NCBI GenBank assembly: GCA_017444525.1
Contig: JAFSWL010000022.1
Location: 73,879-137,878 of the forward strand
Direction: 5' to 3'
DNA: 64,000 nucleotides
From: Alphaproteobacteria bacterium
GTDB taxonomy: Bacteria > Pseudomonadota > Alphaproteobacteria > RF32 > CAG-239
The notes under the pieces are model-generated. The model worked only from the letters and a program-made list of their open reading frames with translations. It was not told the origin of the DNA and did not search any database. Positions within the stretch are counted from its first letter, which is position 1; each line of letters begins with the position of its first letter. Shown here in pieces: positions 38,672 through 48,273 of the stretch. The position numbers and the translations under genes were made by a program.

Positions 38672-39265
38672 TTACATGGAAGTCAAAAAATCTTTAAACT
38701 GACGCATAGCTCGACCGCGATGCGATATTTTATTTTTATCTTCTTTAGACATTTGGGCGAAACTGACATCATAACCGTCTGGGATAAACAGCGGATCGTA
38801 TCCGAAACCTTCGGCTCCGGGCATTTTATGTTCAGCAATAACACCATCAACACGACCTTCAAACAAATTATATTTACCATCGGGATAAGCCAACGATATA
38901 ACGCAAGAAAAGTGAGCTTTGCGACTTTTATTCTCACTTTGCGCCATTGCTGCCAAAAGTTTATCCATACCCTTATCAAAATCACGATTGGGAGCATAGC
39001 GTGCCGAATATACTCCGGGAGCACCGTCAAGAGCATCAACACACAATCCCGAATCGTCGGCAAGACAAGGAATACCGATAGCTGCAGCAATAGTTTGAGA
39101 TTTCAAAAGCGAATTTTCGGCAAAGGTTGAGCCGGTTTCTTCAACGTCGGGAAAATCCATATCCGCTGCGGTTTTAACACTGATACCCAATGGTTCCAAC
39201 ATTTGCTTTATTTCTTTTATTTTTCCGGCATTATGACTGGCAAACAAAATTTCGCTTATTCTCAT
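38672..39265 (-). CDS. rdgB: non-canonical purine NTP pyrophosphatase (RdgB/HAM1 family)
   Basis: The N-terminus ILFASHNAGKIKE and a Ham1 fold are present. Confidence 0.85.
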   Translation of the reverse strand: MRISEILFASHNAGKIKEIKQMLEPLGISVKTAADMDFPDVEETGSTFAENSLLKSQTIAAAIGIPCLADDSGLCVDALDGAPGVYSARYAPNRDFDKGMDKLLAAMAQSENKSRKAHFSCVISLAYPDGKYNLFEGRVDGVIAEHKMPGAEGFGYDPLFIPDGYDVSFAQMSKEDKNKISHRGRAMRQFKDFLTSM

Positions 39266-39266
39266 T

Positions 39267-39977
39267 TTATTCTCCTAAAACTTTTTTCTGCGCGCGAATA
39301 ATTTGGTGAATCCCTGATTTAGCCAAGCGCAGCAATTCGTTAAACTCAGGTTCACCGAACGTAGCACCTTCAGCTGTTGCTTGAATTTCCACAATCCTTC
39401 CACTTTCGGTCAACACAAAATTTGTATCGGCTCCGGCACGCGAATCCTCAATGTATTCCAAATCGAGAATCGGTTCTCCGTCATAAATCCCGCAAGAAAC
39501 CGCCGCCATATATTCGCAAATCGGATTACGAGGCAACTCACCGTCTTTTACCATTTTTTGCATTGCTTTATATAAAGCCACAAATGCGCCGGAAATTGAC
39601 GCAGTTCTGGTTCCGCCATCTGCCTGCAGCACATCGCAATCTATTTGCACACACATTTCCGGCATTGCCTCCAAATCCGTAACCGCACGTAGGGAACGTC
39701 CGATAAGGCGCTGAATTTCATGAGTACGTCCACCAACTCCTTTGGTTTCTCTTGAAACACGGGTTTGCGTGGCACGCGGCAATAGTGAATATTCTGCCGT
39801 TATCCAACCGCGATTTTGTCCTTTCAACCAAGCCGGTAGGCTGCGCTCAACGGTTGCGGTGCATAAAACCTGGGTGTTACCTACTTTTATTAAACATGAT
39901 CCCTCGGCATAAATATTAACGTCAGGAATAATTTCCAACGGTCGCATTTGTTCGGCCGTGCGATTGCTCGGGCGCAT
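39267..39977 (-). CDS. rph: ribonuclease PH
   Basis: The N-terminus MRPSNRTAEQMRPLEI...AEGSCLIKVGNTQVLCTA matches RNase PH. Confidence 0.9.
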   Translation of the reverse strand: MRPSNRTAEQMRPLEIIPDVNIYAEGSCLIKVGNTQVLCTATVERSLPAWLKGQNRGWITAEYSLLPRATQTRVSRETKGVGGRTHEIQRLIGRSLRAVTDLEAMPEMCVQIDCDVLQADGGTRTASISGAFVALYKAMQKMVKDGELPRNPICEYMAAVSCGIYDGEPILDLEYIEDSRAGADTNFVLTESGRIVEIQATAEGATFGEPEFNELLRLAKSGIHQIIRAQKKVLGE

Positions 39978-40530
39978 TTTCTTTCCTCTGCTGTTTGTTA
40001 CGTTTATAGAATTTGTTTATGGCGGCAACCACATGACGCACGGTATTTTCCACTCTTTCATCACTGGTTTCCACCACAATATCAGCTTCGGAATAATACG
40101 GATATTCTTCTTTGATATATTCCTGAAGCTTATTTTTTACGGTATTATTATCACCCAGCAAAAACGGACGACGGGTACGGCCGGCAGTGCGATGATAAAG
40201 TGTATCTATGTCAGCTTTAAGCCAGATTGTCAGTGCTTTTTCTCTAGCCAATCTGCGAGTTGCTTCGGCAACAAACGAACCGCCACCAGAAGCGAGCACA
40301 CACGGTGCTCCTTGCAACAAACGCTTCATCACACGCTCCTCACCGGCACGATACTCCTTTTCGCCGAAACACTTAAGTACATCAACAAGTGATAAACCGG
40401 CGGCTTTTTCAATTTCCTGATCGCCGTCAACAAACGGTAAAGACAATCTTCGTGCCAAACGCTTTCCGACACTTGTCTTTCCGCTCCCCATCAACCCGAC
40501 CAGAAGTATTATTTTATTTATTTCTGGCAT
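39922..40530 (-). CDS. aroK: shikimate kinase
   Basis: The Walker A GLMGSGKTSVGKRLA and a shikimate-kinase core are present. I moved the start to MPEINK at 40530. The 3' end overlaps rph by 56 nt. Confidence 0.75.
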   Translation of the reverse strand: MPEINKIILLVGLMGSGKTSVGKRLARRLSLPFVDGDQEIEKAAGLSLVDVLKCFGEKEYRAGEERVMKRLLQGAPCVLASGGGSFVAEATRRLAREKALTIWLKADIDTLYHRTAGRTRRPFLLGDNNTVKNKLQEYIKEEYPYYSEADIVVETSDERVENTVRHVVAAINKFYKRNKQQRKENAPEQSHGRTNATVGNYS

Positions 40531-40622
40531 TTTCATTTCTTTTATATTCTTAACTATTGACCTCAGCATATAACATTGTTAATATATAATCAATCTTTTT
40601 TAATACTTATAGGAAGGATAAA

Positions 40623-40778
40623 ATGAAAAGCTATTACAACAAATCAAATAATTCACGCATTATTGCATATACCGTTTTAATCGCGCTCGTGTTAGGCATA
40701 GGCTTTGTTGTTATTCAAGATATACAGGCGCCTACCGAACATATTTTGCAAGAGGTTACTGTCAGTTTAGATAAATAG
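40623..40778 (+). CDS. candidate 51-aa single-pass membrane protein
   Basis: An AGGAAGG RBS precedes the ATG. The translation MKSYYNKSNNSRIIAYTVLIALVLGIGFVVIQDIQAPTEHILQEVTVSLDK stops 2 nt before the Xer ATG. It is below the ORF-track size cutoff. Confidence 0.3.
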   Translation: MKSYYNKSNNSRIIAYTVLIALVLGIGFVVIQDIQAPTEHILQEVTVSLDK

Positions 40779-40780
40779 AC

Positions 40781-41710
40781 ATGCTCGGACAAGATATTGA
40801 TAATTTTTTGCAAATGATGGCGGCTGAAAAGGGCGCTGCCTGCAACTCAATTGCTGCATACGAACATGACTTGCAGCAATTTTTGCAGTACGGTAATTTT
40901 GAAAATGCAGTCCAAATTACCAAACAAAGCATTGAAACATATATACAATATCTGCATACACAACTGTTCGCTCCAAAGTCTATTGCTCGAAAACTATCTG
41001 TAATAAAAGAATTTTGCAAATTTTTATATTCTGAGAAGATTATTAACGAAAATCCGGCGCAAAATATTTTAACTCCTAAGCAGGAAAAACCGCTACCGAA
41101 ATATTTGACAGTAGATGAAATTAAGCTACTAACCGAAACCGCAGCTGCAAGCAAAGACTATCGCATTCAGCGAATCGCAGTTATGATAGATTTGATGTAT
41201 GCAACCGGAATGCGTGTTTCCGAATTGGTGGCACTACCGCTGACGGCAATCAATTTCAGCAAAGGTCAGGTTACAATTTTCGGTAAAGGCAGCAAAGAGC
41301 GCATCGTACCGGTTGCAGCTCGCTCCGTCGACACATTGAAGAAATACGAAAGTTTACGGCAAAAATTTATGGCAAAAAATGCACCATCCAACTATCTTTT
41401 TCCATCATTAACCGCTGCAGACAAGCATTTTACCCGCGATGCTTTCTACAAGGACTTAAAAAAATTGGCTGCGGAATGTGGTATTTATCCGTCACGAATT
41501 TCCCCACACGTATTGCGTCATTCGTTTGCCACGCACTTGCTCAATAATGATGCTGATTTACGCTCAGTACAAAAAATGCTCGGACACGAAAACATAACAA
41601 CCACGGAAATTTATACCCATATTACGTCGCAAAAATTATTTAATACAATATGCCAAAAGCATCCGCTGATGCGGTACACCGAAACAATCACGAAAAAGGA
41701 TACAGAATAA
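40781..41710 (+). CDS. tyrosine site-specific recombinase, XerC/XerD family
   Basis: The C-terminal catalytic region HVLRHSFATHLL...LGHENITTTEIYTHI includes the active-site Tyr. Confidence 0.8.
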   Translation: MLGQDIDNFLQMMAAEKGAACNSIAAYEHDLQQFLQYGNFENAVQITKQSIETYIQYLHTQLFAPKSIARKLSVIKEFCKFLYSEKIINENPAQNILTPKQEKPLPKYLTVDEIKLLTETAAASKDYRIQRIAVMIDLMYATGMRVSELVALPLTAINFSKGQVTIFGKGSKERIVPVAARSVDTLKKYESLRQKFMAKNAPSNYLFPSLTAADKHFTRDAFYKDLKKLAAECGIYPSRISPHVLRHSFATHLLNNDADLRSVQKMLGHENITTTEIYTHITSQKLFNTICQKHPLMRYTETITKKDTE

Positions 41711-42238
41711 ATGGCTCGTAAAATTACCATAAATACGGAGCACAATGCCAAAGGCTTGACCAGCATTGCCCAGACAGCACTGCCAATTACCCGTCAGCTT
41801 TTGGGGGCAAACGGATTTATGCAGGCAGAACTGTTGTCTTCATGGGACAGTATTGTCGGTACGGAAATAGCTCAATACAGTTTGCCGCAAAAATTGGTTT
41901 TTACCCCAAACATGCGGAGCGACGGCTGTTTGACAATTGCGGTTCCAGCCGGTGCTTTTGCTATGGAAATAAAACAAAACGAAGCAAAAATCATAGCTCA
42001 AATCAATGCTTTTTTCGGTTATCAAGCCATAAGCAAAATTAAGATACTGCAAAATGACAACCCTGAGAACTTTTCCATCGGTAAAAAACCGATTGATAAA
42101 GTAAAAAAAACTGTTGTATCTGCCGATGAAGAATCATATATTACCGAATTAGTTAAAAACATTGAGCGTCCCGAACTGCGCGAGGCAATCGAAAATTTGG
42201 GACGTGCCGTTTATGCCGATAACAACCATCAGGAGTGA
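41711..42238 (+). CDS. hypothetical protein translationally coupled to the Xer recombinase (TAAATG junction)
   Basis: The ATG overlaps the upstream stop codon. The family is not recognised with confidence. Confidence 0.45.
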   Translation: MARKITINTEHNAKGLTSIAQTALPITRQLLGANGFMQAELLSSWDSIVGTEIAQYSLPQKLVFTPNMRSDGCLTIAVPAGAFAMEIKQNEAKIIAQINAFFGYQAISKIKILQNDNPENFSIGKKPIDKVKKTVVSADEESYITELVKNIERPELREAIENLGRAVYADNNHQE

Positions 42239-42243
42239 TATTG

Positions 42244-42971
42244 TGGAGGAAATAGTAAAGAAAATAAGTAGCACACTTTCTTTGATTGTAATGTTCTTTT
42301 TATCCGCCGTGATTTATTTTAATTACAAAGGGTTTGTTTATGAAAACGGGACGGTTGTCTTAAAAAAGCAAATAGCTGATGCCGCTGAATACAACGGTAT
42401 TGCTGTTGTTTTACCAAAAGACATTGCTATCAACGTTTCACAAAAATATGCAGTAGGTTCTGCAAGTGCTCCGTTGACAATGTTTGAATATTCCTCACTT
42501 ACCTGTCCGCATTGTGCCGATTTTCATTTGGATATAATGCCTTTCATTGTCAGAGAATATGTTGATAAGGGATTGCTGAGGGTAATATTTGTTAATTTTC
42601 CTCTTGATAAAAATTCGATGAAAGCGGCATTGTTGTCGGAATGTATGACTTATGATAATTATGCCGGTTTCTTAAACGAACTGTTTTATAATCAGCGTTC
42701 TTGGTGGATGGATGACAAAGACGAGCGTTTGCTACGTTACGCAGCGCAATTCGATTTAAGCTATGACGAAGCTCAGGCATGTATTAAAGATAAGAAGAAA
42801 GCAGCTGACATCGTAACAACCAGACACGAAGCACTTAAGCAACTGAACATGCAGGGTACACCGGCATTTTTAATCAGTGGTGCGGACGGAAATGAAATTA
42901 TTTACGGTGCTGTCAATTATTCATCATTTAAAGAATATTTGGACAGCAGACTGATACGATTGCATAATTAG
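42244..42971 (+). CDS. DsbA-like periplasmic thiol:disulfide oxidoreductase
   Basis: It has a signal anchor and the CPHC active site. I set the start to the GTG at 42244, which has an AGGAG RBS. Confidence 0.65.
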
Positions 42972-42980
42972 GAATCAAGA

Positions 42981-43286
42981 ATGAACAACTTACCGAATGA
43001 CATTCAAGAGATAGATAAACGCATTCGCAATCTGAAAACAAAATCGTCACAAAACGCGAAGCCTAAATATTCTCGTCTGCGTTCGTTCTGTGAATACGCA
43101 TTTCGAATGGCAGCAGATTTTGCCGCACCGGTTATCGTTGGCTTGTGCATCGGTTATGTATTTGATAGACTTTTAGGCTCAAAACCTATAGGAATGCTGG
43201 TTTTGGCAATGTTTGGAGTTGCGGCCGGAACGCTTAATTTATATCGTGCGGCACAACAAGTTGATAAAGATATGAATAAGGAGTAG
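42981..43286 (+). CDS. atpI: ATP synthase protein I (AtpI/AtpZ-like)
   Basis: It is a small two-transmembrane protein immediately upstream of atpB. Confidence 0.55.
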   Translation: MNNLPNDIQEIDKRIRNLKTKSSQNAKPKYSRLRSFCEYAFRMAADFAAPVIVGLCIGYVFDRLLGSKPIGMLVLAMFGVAAGTLNLYRAAQQVDKDMNKE

Positions 43287-43291
43287 TTCAG

Positions 43292-44017
43292 ATGGAAAAC
43301 CCTTTGGAACAGTTCGAAATTAAAAAAATATTTCCGATTGATATAAACGGGACTGATATATCTTTCACAAACTCTTCTTTATGTATGGTAATTACGGTAG
43401 CAGTGATATTTTTCGGACTGTGTTTGTGTTTGCGAAAACGTAGTATAGTACCGACAATGGGGCAAGCATTTTCAGAGGCTATTTATGATTTTGTTCAAGG
43501 TATTATCGGCGAAACATTGGGCAAAGAGGGTGTTAAATTCGTAGCGTTTGTATTTACGTTATTTGTGTTTGTAGCTTTCGGTAATCTGTTGGGATTGTTC
43601 CCATACAGTTTTACCTTTACTTCGCATATTGCCGCTGTCGGCACACTTTCGATGTTTTGCTTTGTATTGAATATAATTTTGGGAATTAAGCATCGAGGTC
43701 TCTCCTATTTTCATACTTTTTGTCCGGAGGGATTGCCGATATTTATGGCTCCAATGATTATTCCGGTAGAAACTCTTTCACTTTTGGCCAAGCCATTCAG
43801 TCTGACGCTGCGTCTTGCCATAAATATGTCTGTCGGTCATATTATGCTGAAAGTTTTGGGTACATTTATCATTGCTATGCAATTTTTCGGTTTTGTACCG
43901 TTAATTGCGGATATGTGTATCATTATGTTTGAAATGTTTATAGCTTTATTGCAAGCTTACATATATACAATTTTGAGCTGCGTTTACCTGAGCCAGGCAA
44001 TCAGCAACGAAGAATAA
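43292..44017 (+). CDS. atpB: F0F1 ATP synthase subunit a
   Basis: It has multiple transmembrane segments and a conserved Arg in LTLRLAINM. Confidence 0.9.
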   Translation: MENPLEQFEIKKIFPIDINGTDISFTNSSLCMVITVAVIFFGLCLCLRKRSIVPTMGQAFSEAIYDFVQGIIGETLGKEGVKFVAFVFTLFVFVAFGNLLGLFPYSFTFTSHIAAVGTLSMFCFVLNIILGIKHRGLSYFHTFCPEGLPIFMAPMIIPVETLSLLAKPFSLTLRLAINMSVGHIMLKVLGTFIIAMQFFGFVPLIADMCIIMFEMFIALLQAYIYTILSCVYLSQAISNEE

Positions 44018-44047
44018 TTTAACTAACTTTAATGAAAGGATAAAAAA

Positions 44048-44284
44048 ATGGAAAACGAAATTTTACAAGACAAGTCTTTGGCATTCATCGCCGCCGGTAT
44101 CTGCGCTTTAGGTATGAGTGTTGCTGCTTGGGGTTTGACTAAACTTTGGACTTCTTTGATTGAAACGGTTGGTCGCAACCCGCAAGTCAAGAAAGACGTA
44201 ACCGTTTTCGGCTTCCTCGGAATGGGTACTATCGAATCCATTGCTTTATACATTCTGGTTATCGCTCTGTTGATGATTTTGTAA
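44048..44284 (+). CDS. atpE: F0F1 ATP synthase subunit c
   Basis: It is 78 aa with a hairpin of two transmembrane helices and the conserved carboxylate (IESIA). Confidence 0.9.
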   Translation: MENEILQDKSLAFIAAGICALGMSVAAWGLTKLWTSLIETVGRNPQVKKDVTVFGFLGMGTIESIALYILVIALLMIL

Positions 44285-44305
44285 TAAATAGCCAAAGGAT
44301 ATACT

Positions 44306-44794
44306 ATGCCGCAATTAGATCCGTCATCGTATATTTCGCAGTTCTTTTGGATGCTCGTCTGCTTTTGCACCCTGTGGGCTCTGCTTTCGCTTTTTGTGAT
44401 TCCGAAAATCGCTGATATAATAGAGCAACGCAAGCGCAAAATAGATGAGTATATCCAGAAGGCCGATGCTTTGAATAAGCAAGCAAAAGAATCGCTTGAA
44501 AAATATCACGCGGTTTTGGTACAGGCAGAACAAACATCGCAAGCCGAAATGCAAAAGGGCAAAGATGAATTAAATCGCTATTTGCACAATGCCGAGGCTG
44601 ATTTATCGCAGCGGCTCAATAAGAAAATTGCCGATAACGAATTCACTTTGGCGAAAGAAAAAAAGGACACCTTGCAACAAATTGAAACCATTGCCGTTGA
44701 TTTGGCATACGAAATTGTGCAAAAACTCGGTTTCTCGCAAATCAGCAAAAAGGATGTTTATACGCAAGCTCTAAAGGAAAAAACGCATGAATGA
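44306..44794 (+). CDS. F0F1 ATP synthase subunit b'
   Basis: It has an N-terminal transmembrane segment followed by a long coiled coil. It is the first of two b-type genes, as in alphaproteobacteria. Confidence 0.7.
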   Translation: MPQLDPSSYISQFFWMLVCFCTLWALLSLFVIPKIADIIEQRKRKIDEYIQKADALNKQAKESLEKYHAVLVQAEQTSQAEMQKGKDELNRYLHNAEADLSQRLNKKIADNEFTLAKEKKDTLQQIETIAVDLAYEIVQKLGFSQISKKDVYTQALKEKTHE

Positions 44795-45434
44795 AGAAAT
44801 TATATCGGAAACAGATGGCGGTGCTACTGCCATCTCAACCGGTCAAGAAATAATTGATGCCACACAAAATATCATTATGGATGCGGCCGAAAACGTATCC
44901 GAAGTAATTTCTGTAGGCAAAAACGTGGCTACGGAAATTCATGAGGTTCCATTTTATGCCGAAGTGGAATTTTGGGTGGCAATGGCATTTGTGCTTGCGG
45001 TATTACTTTTGCTGAAACCGCTGTCAAAAGTTATACGGAGTTCATTGCATAATCGTATCAATAAGGTTTTGCAAGATATTGATGATGCTTCTAAACTGCG
45101 TGATGATGCTCAAATTCTGTTGGCAAACTACGAACGAAAATTTGTTGACGCACAAAAAGAAGCAGAACAAATTGTACAGAAATCAAAAATCAGTTTAGAA
45201 AACCTAAAAAAACGCGAGTTAGCAAACTTGAAAAATGAGTTAAAAGACAAAGAAAAAGAAGCGGAACGACGCATATTAGCCTCTACTCAAAAAGCACAGG
45301 GAGAAATAAATCTTTCTGCAAGCAAAGTCTCTGTGGAGCTGGCACAGAAAACCATTAACCGCTATTTACAAAACACCGATAAAAGCAAGCTGATTGATAA
45401 TGCAATTGCCGATTTGGATAAATTTGTTTCTTAG
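44787..45434 (+). CDS. atpF: F0F1 ATP synthase subunit b
   Basis: It has a transmembrane segment followed by a coiled coil, and it overlaps the b' gene. Confidence 0.7.
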   Translation: MNEEIISETDGGATAISTGQEIIDATQNIIMDAAENVSEVISVGKNVATEIHEVPFYAEVEFWVAMAFVLAVLLLLKPLSKVIRSSLHNRINKVLQDIDDASKLRDDAQILLANYERKFVDAQKEAEQIVQKSKISLENLKKRELANLKNELKDKEKEAERRILASTQKAQGEINLSASKVSVELAQKTINRYLQNTDKSKLIDNAIADLDKFVS

Positions 45435-45794
45435 AAGAGTGTTCTCTAAAAAAATCCCGCCATAATGAGCGGGATTTTTTAGCATATAATATTCCGTCCT
45501 TTGTTAATATCTTCCGCATTATATTGCCGTTGCCGCTCGCGCCCGTCTATCATACAGACAATATCAATAATCAAATCACTGCGTTCCTGTTCATTCAAAA
45601 AAGGTGCTAACTGTTTCAGTCATCTATCCATTGTAATCAACGCAATATTATCCTGTTCTTGTTTAGAAAAAGTATCTTGTTCTTTCAGTTCACAATCATT
45701 GGTGATTTGCTGTATTTTTTTCTTGGCCATTTTTTTCTCCGTAAAAATTAAAGACTATGACGTCATCTGACGCGCATAGTCCGATTGTTAAACA

Positions 45795-46005
45795 AAAAAA
45801 GACCACTTAAAAAGCGGTCGGGGAATTCAAACAATCCTAATCAACAAGAACCGTTGCGGTTTTTAGGTATACCTTGGACATAGCCGCAACTCCCCCGACC
45901 ATATTGTCGAAGAATTTATCCCTACTTTATAGTCGGGGATTATTTAATGTTGATTAAGGGATGTTTGAAGTCCCCGAGTGATAAATCCTTCGGGTTCATC
46001 ACTCT
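45795..46005 (-). ncRNA. divergent fifth member of the structured RNA family, downstream of fba
   Basis: On the minus strand a 5' hairpin GAGTGATGAACCCGAAGGATTTATCACTC precedes P1 GGGGACUUCAAA/UUUGAAUUCCCC. P2 CUUAAUCAACA/UGUUGAUUAGG and two internal hairpins follow. The terminator GACCGC-loop-GTGGTC is followed by seven T residues. Confidence 0.4.
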
Positions 46006-46159
46006 AAACAAAGTATTGACTACTTTGCCTGTAAAAACTTATAACAAACAAAGAAACAAAATGCAATAATAATCTTGCGTGTATTTTAAATATTTTTGTT
46101 TTATTAAGAGAAAACCGCCGGATTGCTCCGACGGTTTATATTGTTACTATCCGCTAAAA

Positions 46160-47209
46160 TTAAAGCTCACCGGCGGCATAACGCTTTGCCATATCCGAAA
46201 GTTTTATTGCCTTAATTTTATCACCATGTCCGGCTGCACCGAAAGCAATATAACGTTCTTCGCAAACTTTCTGCATTTCCTCAATTGCCGGTTTGAGATA
46301 TTTACGCGGGTCAAATTCGGAAGGTTTTTCGGCATAAACCTTACGGATTGCACCGGTGATAGCCATACGCGAATCCGTATCAACGTTAACTTTGCGTACG
46401 CCTGATTTAATACCGCGGACGATTTCTTCCATCGGCACGCCATAAGTCTGCGGAATCTGCCCGCCGTAAGCATTGATTAAATCCTGCAATTCCTGCGGAA
46501 CGGAAGAAGAACCGTGCATTACAAGGTGTGTATTCGGCAATTTGGCATGAATTTTTTCAATCACGTCGATGGCTAAGATTTCGCCGTCAGGCTTGCGCGT
46601 GAATTTATAAGCACCATGCGAAGTACCAACAGCCACAGCCAAAGCGTCCAAGTGCGTCAGAGCAACAAATTCCGCTGCTTCATCAGGATCGGTCACAAGG
46701 CGTTTTTTATCAAGTTTACCTTCGGCGCCGATACCGTCTTCCTTATCCGCCTTACCGGTTTCCAAAGAGCCGATAACTCCCAACTCGCCTTCTACCGAAG
46801 CACCTACAGCGTGAGCTCGGGCAACAACTTCTTGAGTTACGCGAACATTATATTCAAAAGAAGCCGGAGTTTTACCGTCAGTTTCAAGCGAGCCGTCCAT
46901 CATAACAGACGAATAACCGTTAACAATTGCCGATTGGCAAATATCAACCGAAGTTCCGTGGTCTTGGTGAACACATACCGGAATATTCGGAAACATTTCG
47001 ATAGCTGCTGCCATCATATGGCGAATCATCGGATCGCCGGCATATTTGCGCGCGCCGGTTGAGGTTTGCATAATCACCGGAGCATTAACCTTTTGCGCCG
47101 CCTGCATTACAGCGATAATCTGTTCCATATTATTGATATTAAATGCCGGAACACCGTAGTTATGTTCGGCTGCATCGTCAAGAATTTGACGCATAGAAAC
47201 TAAAGCCAT
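46160..47209 (-). CDS. fba: class II fructose-bisphosphate aldolase
   Basis: The N-terminus MALVSMRQILD..AAEHNYGVPAFN and metal-binding His residues are present, and the length of 349 aa fits the class. Confidence 0.9.
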   Translation of the reverse strand: MALVSMRQILDDAAEHNYGVPAFNINNMEQIIAVMQAAQKVNAPVIMQTSTGARKYAGDPMIRHMMAAAIEMFPNIPVCVHQDHGTSVDICQSAIVNGYSSVMMDGSLETDGKTPASFEYNVRVTQEVVARAHAVGASVEGELGVIGSLETGKADKEDGIGAEGKLDKKRLVTDPDEAAEFVALTHLDALAVAVGTSHGAYKFTRKPDGEILAIDVIEKIHAKLPNTHLVMHGSSSVPQELQDLINAYGGQIPQTYGVPMEEIVRGIKSGVRKVNVDTDSRMAITGAIRKVYAEKPSEFDPRKYLKPAIEEMQKVCEERYIAFGAAGHGDKIKAIKLSDMAKRYAAGEL

Positions 47210-47296
47210 TTTTATCTCCTAAAAAATATTTAACTGGCTTGAATATATGCCATTTGACTCTTTTTGCAAGCATTATTTATTTTGCATTGCGTATGT

Positions 47297-48124
47297 CTAG
47301 TCTCCTCTCATATCGTTGTTAAGCGTTATCTTTATGCCTAATACACGGATAATCGTACGTCGATATGATTTTTTAACGGAGAAAAAATATTCATACCATC
47401 TATCGACTGTTTTGCTTGCTAAACAATCTCTGATGCGCTCCAAACCGAAAAGGCTGTTCCAATTTCCGCTGCCGCAATCGGTTTTATTATAAAATTTATC
47501 TTCGTCTGATAAATCATATAAATTTTTATACCACGGCAGATGGCGCGCTTCATACGGATATCCGGTGCGAATCGCTTTATAAAAGTCTTTATTTTTCCAT
47601 TCTTTCTGCGGGCGATACATCGCAAAAGTAGTATCGATTGAAGAGTCAAAAATATATGGTTTTAGCCGATTTAACCGCTTTTTGTAGAATATTTTTTCCC
47701 ATTTGATTAGCAATTCCTTAGCTTCCGGTGTTCCTGTTATATCATCTGTTTTAAGAGAAAAACCTACCTTGTTGAACTCAGGATATTGTTGCAGAAGCAA
47801 ATAAAAATAGTCCATAAAATCCGGCGGACAATCTTCTATTGCAATAACATCCGGATCGGTTAAGACATAATATTCATTTTCGCGCACACTTTTAAATTCA
47901 TCATCCCAAAAGAACACCATGTGTCCTTGATTTTTTTGCATATAATGCACTGTGTACGGTGTTTGTTTTAAATATTTCAACATCGGCGGATAAGTTGAAG
48001 TGTTGTCTATGATGTGAATATTGTGTAAACCGTATTTTTCAAGCGTTTCTATCATCTTTTTCAAATAAGACAAACGATTAAAATTGATTATATAAATTTG
48101 TAAAGTCGACGCGTCAAAAGTCAT
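47297..48124 (-). CDS. hypothetical protein, possibly a glycosyltransferase
   Basis: The start is uncertain. The track ORF overlaps the upstream GT2 gene by 52 nt, so I placed the start at MTFDASTLQIYIINFNR. A GT-like N-terminal motif is present. Confidence 0.4.
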   Translation of the reverse strand: MTFDASTLQIYIINFNRLSYLKKMIETLEKYGLHNIHIIDNTSTYPPMLKYLKQTPYTVHYMQKNQGHMVFFWDDEFKSVRENEYYVLTDPDVIAIEDCPPDFMDYFYLLLQQYPEFNKVGFSLKTDDITGTPEAKELLIKWEKIFYKKRLNRLKPYIFDSSIDTTFAMYRPQKEWKNKDFYKAIRTGYPYEARHLPWYKNLYDLSDEDKFYNKTDCGSGNWNSLFGLERIRDCLASKTVDRWYEYFFSVKKSYRRTIIRVLGIKITLNNDMRGD

Positions 48125-48273
48125 TATCGGCTCGTGATAAGTCCTTTTAATCAGTCCGCAATAAGAATCCTTAATGATGCAACCTTTATATTTGCGCTTA
48201 TACAACGGAACACCGCATAACTTATATGATTGAACAAGATTGCTTCTTTGGGCTAATTGCGGATGTTCCTGAA

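Noticed and set aside
45795-46005. Two-piece (permuted) alphaproteobacterial tmRNA in the atpF-fba intergenic region
   Set aside because: No T-arm GGTTCGAATCC-like sequence, no CCA-adjacent acceptor strand and no tag-peptide reading frame (ANDN...LAA) occur on either strand. The RNA-family architecture (P1, P2, two hairpins and the shared terminator) explains the element better.
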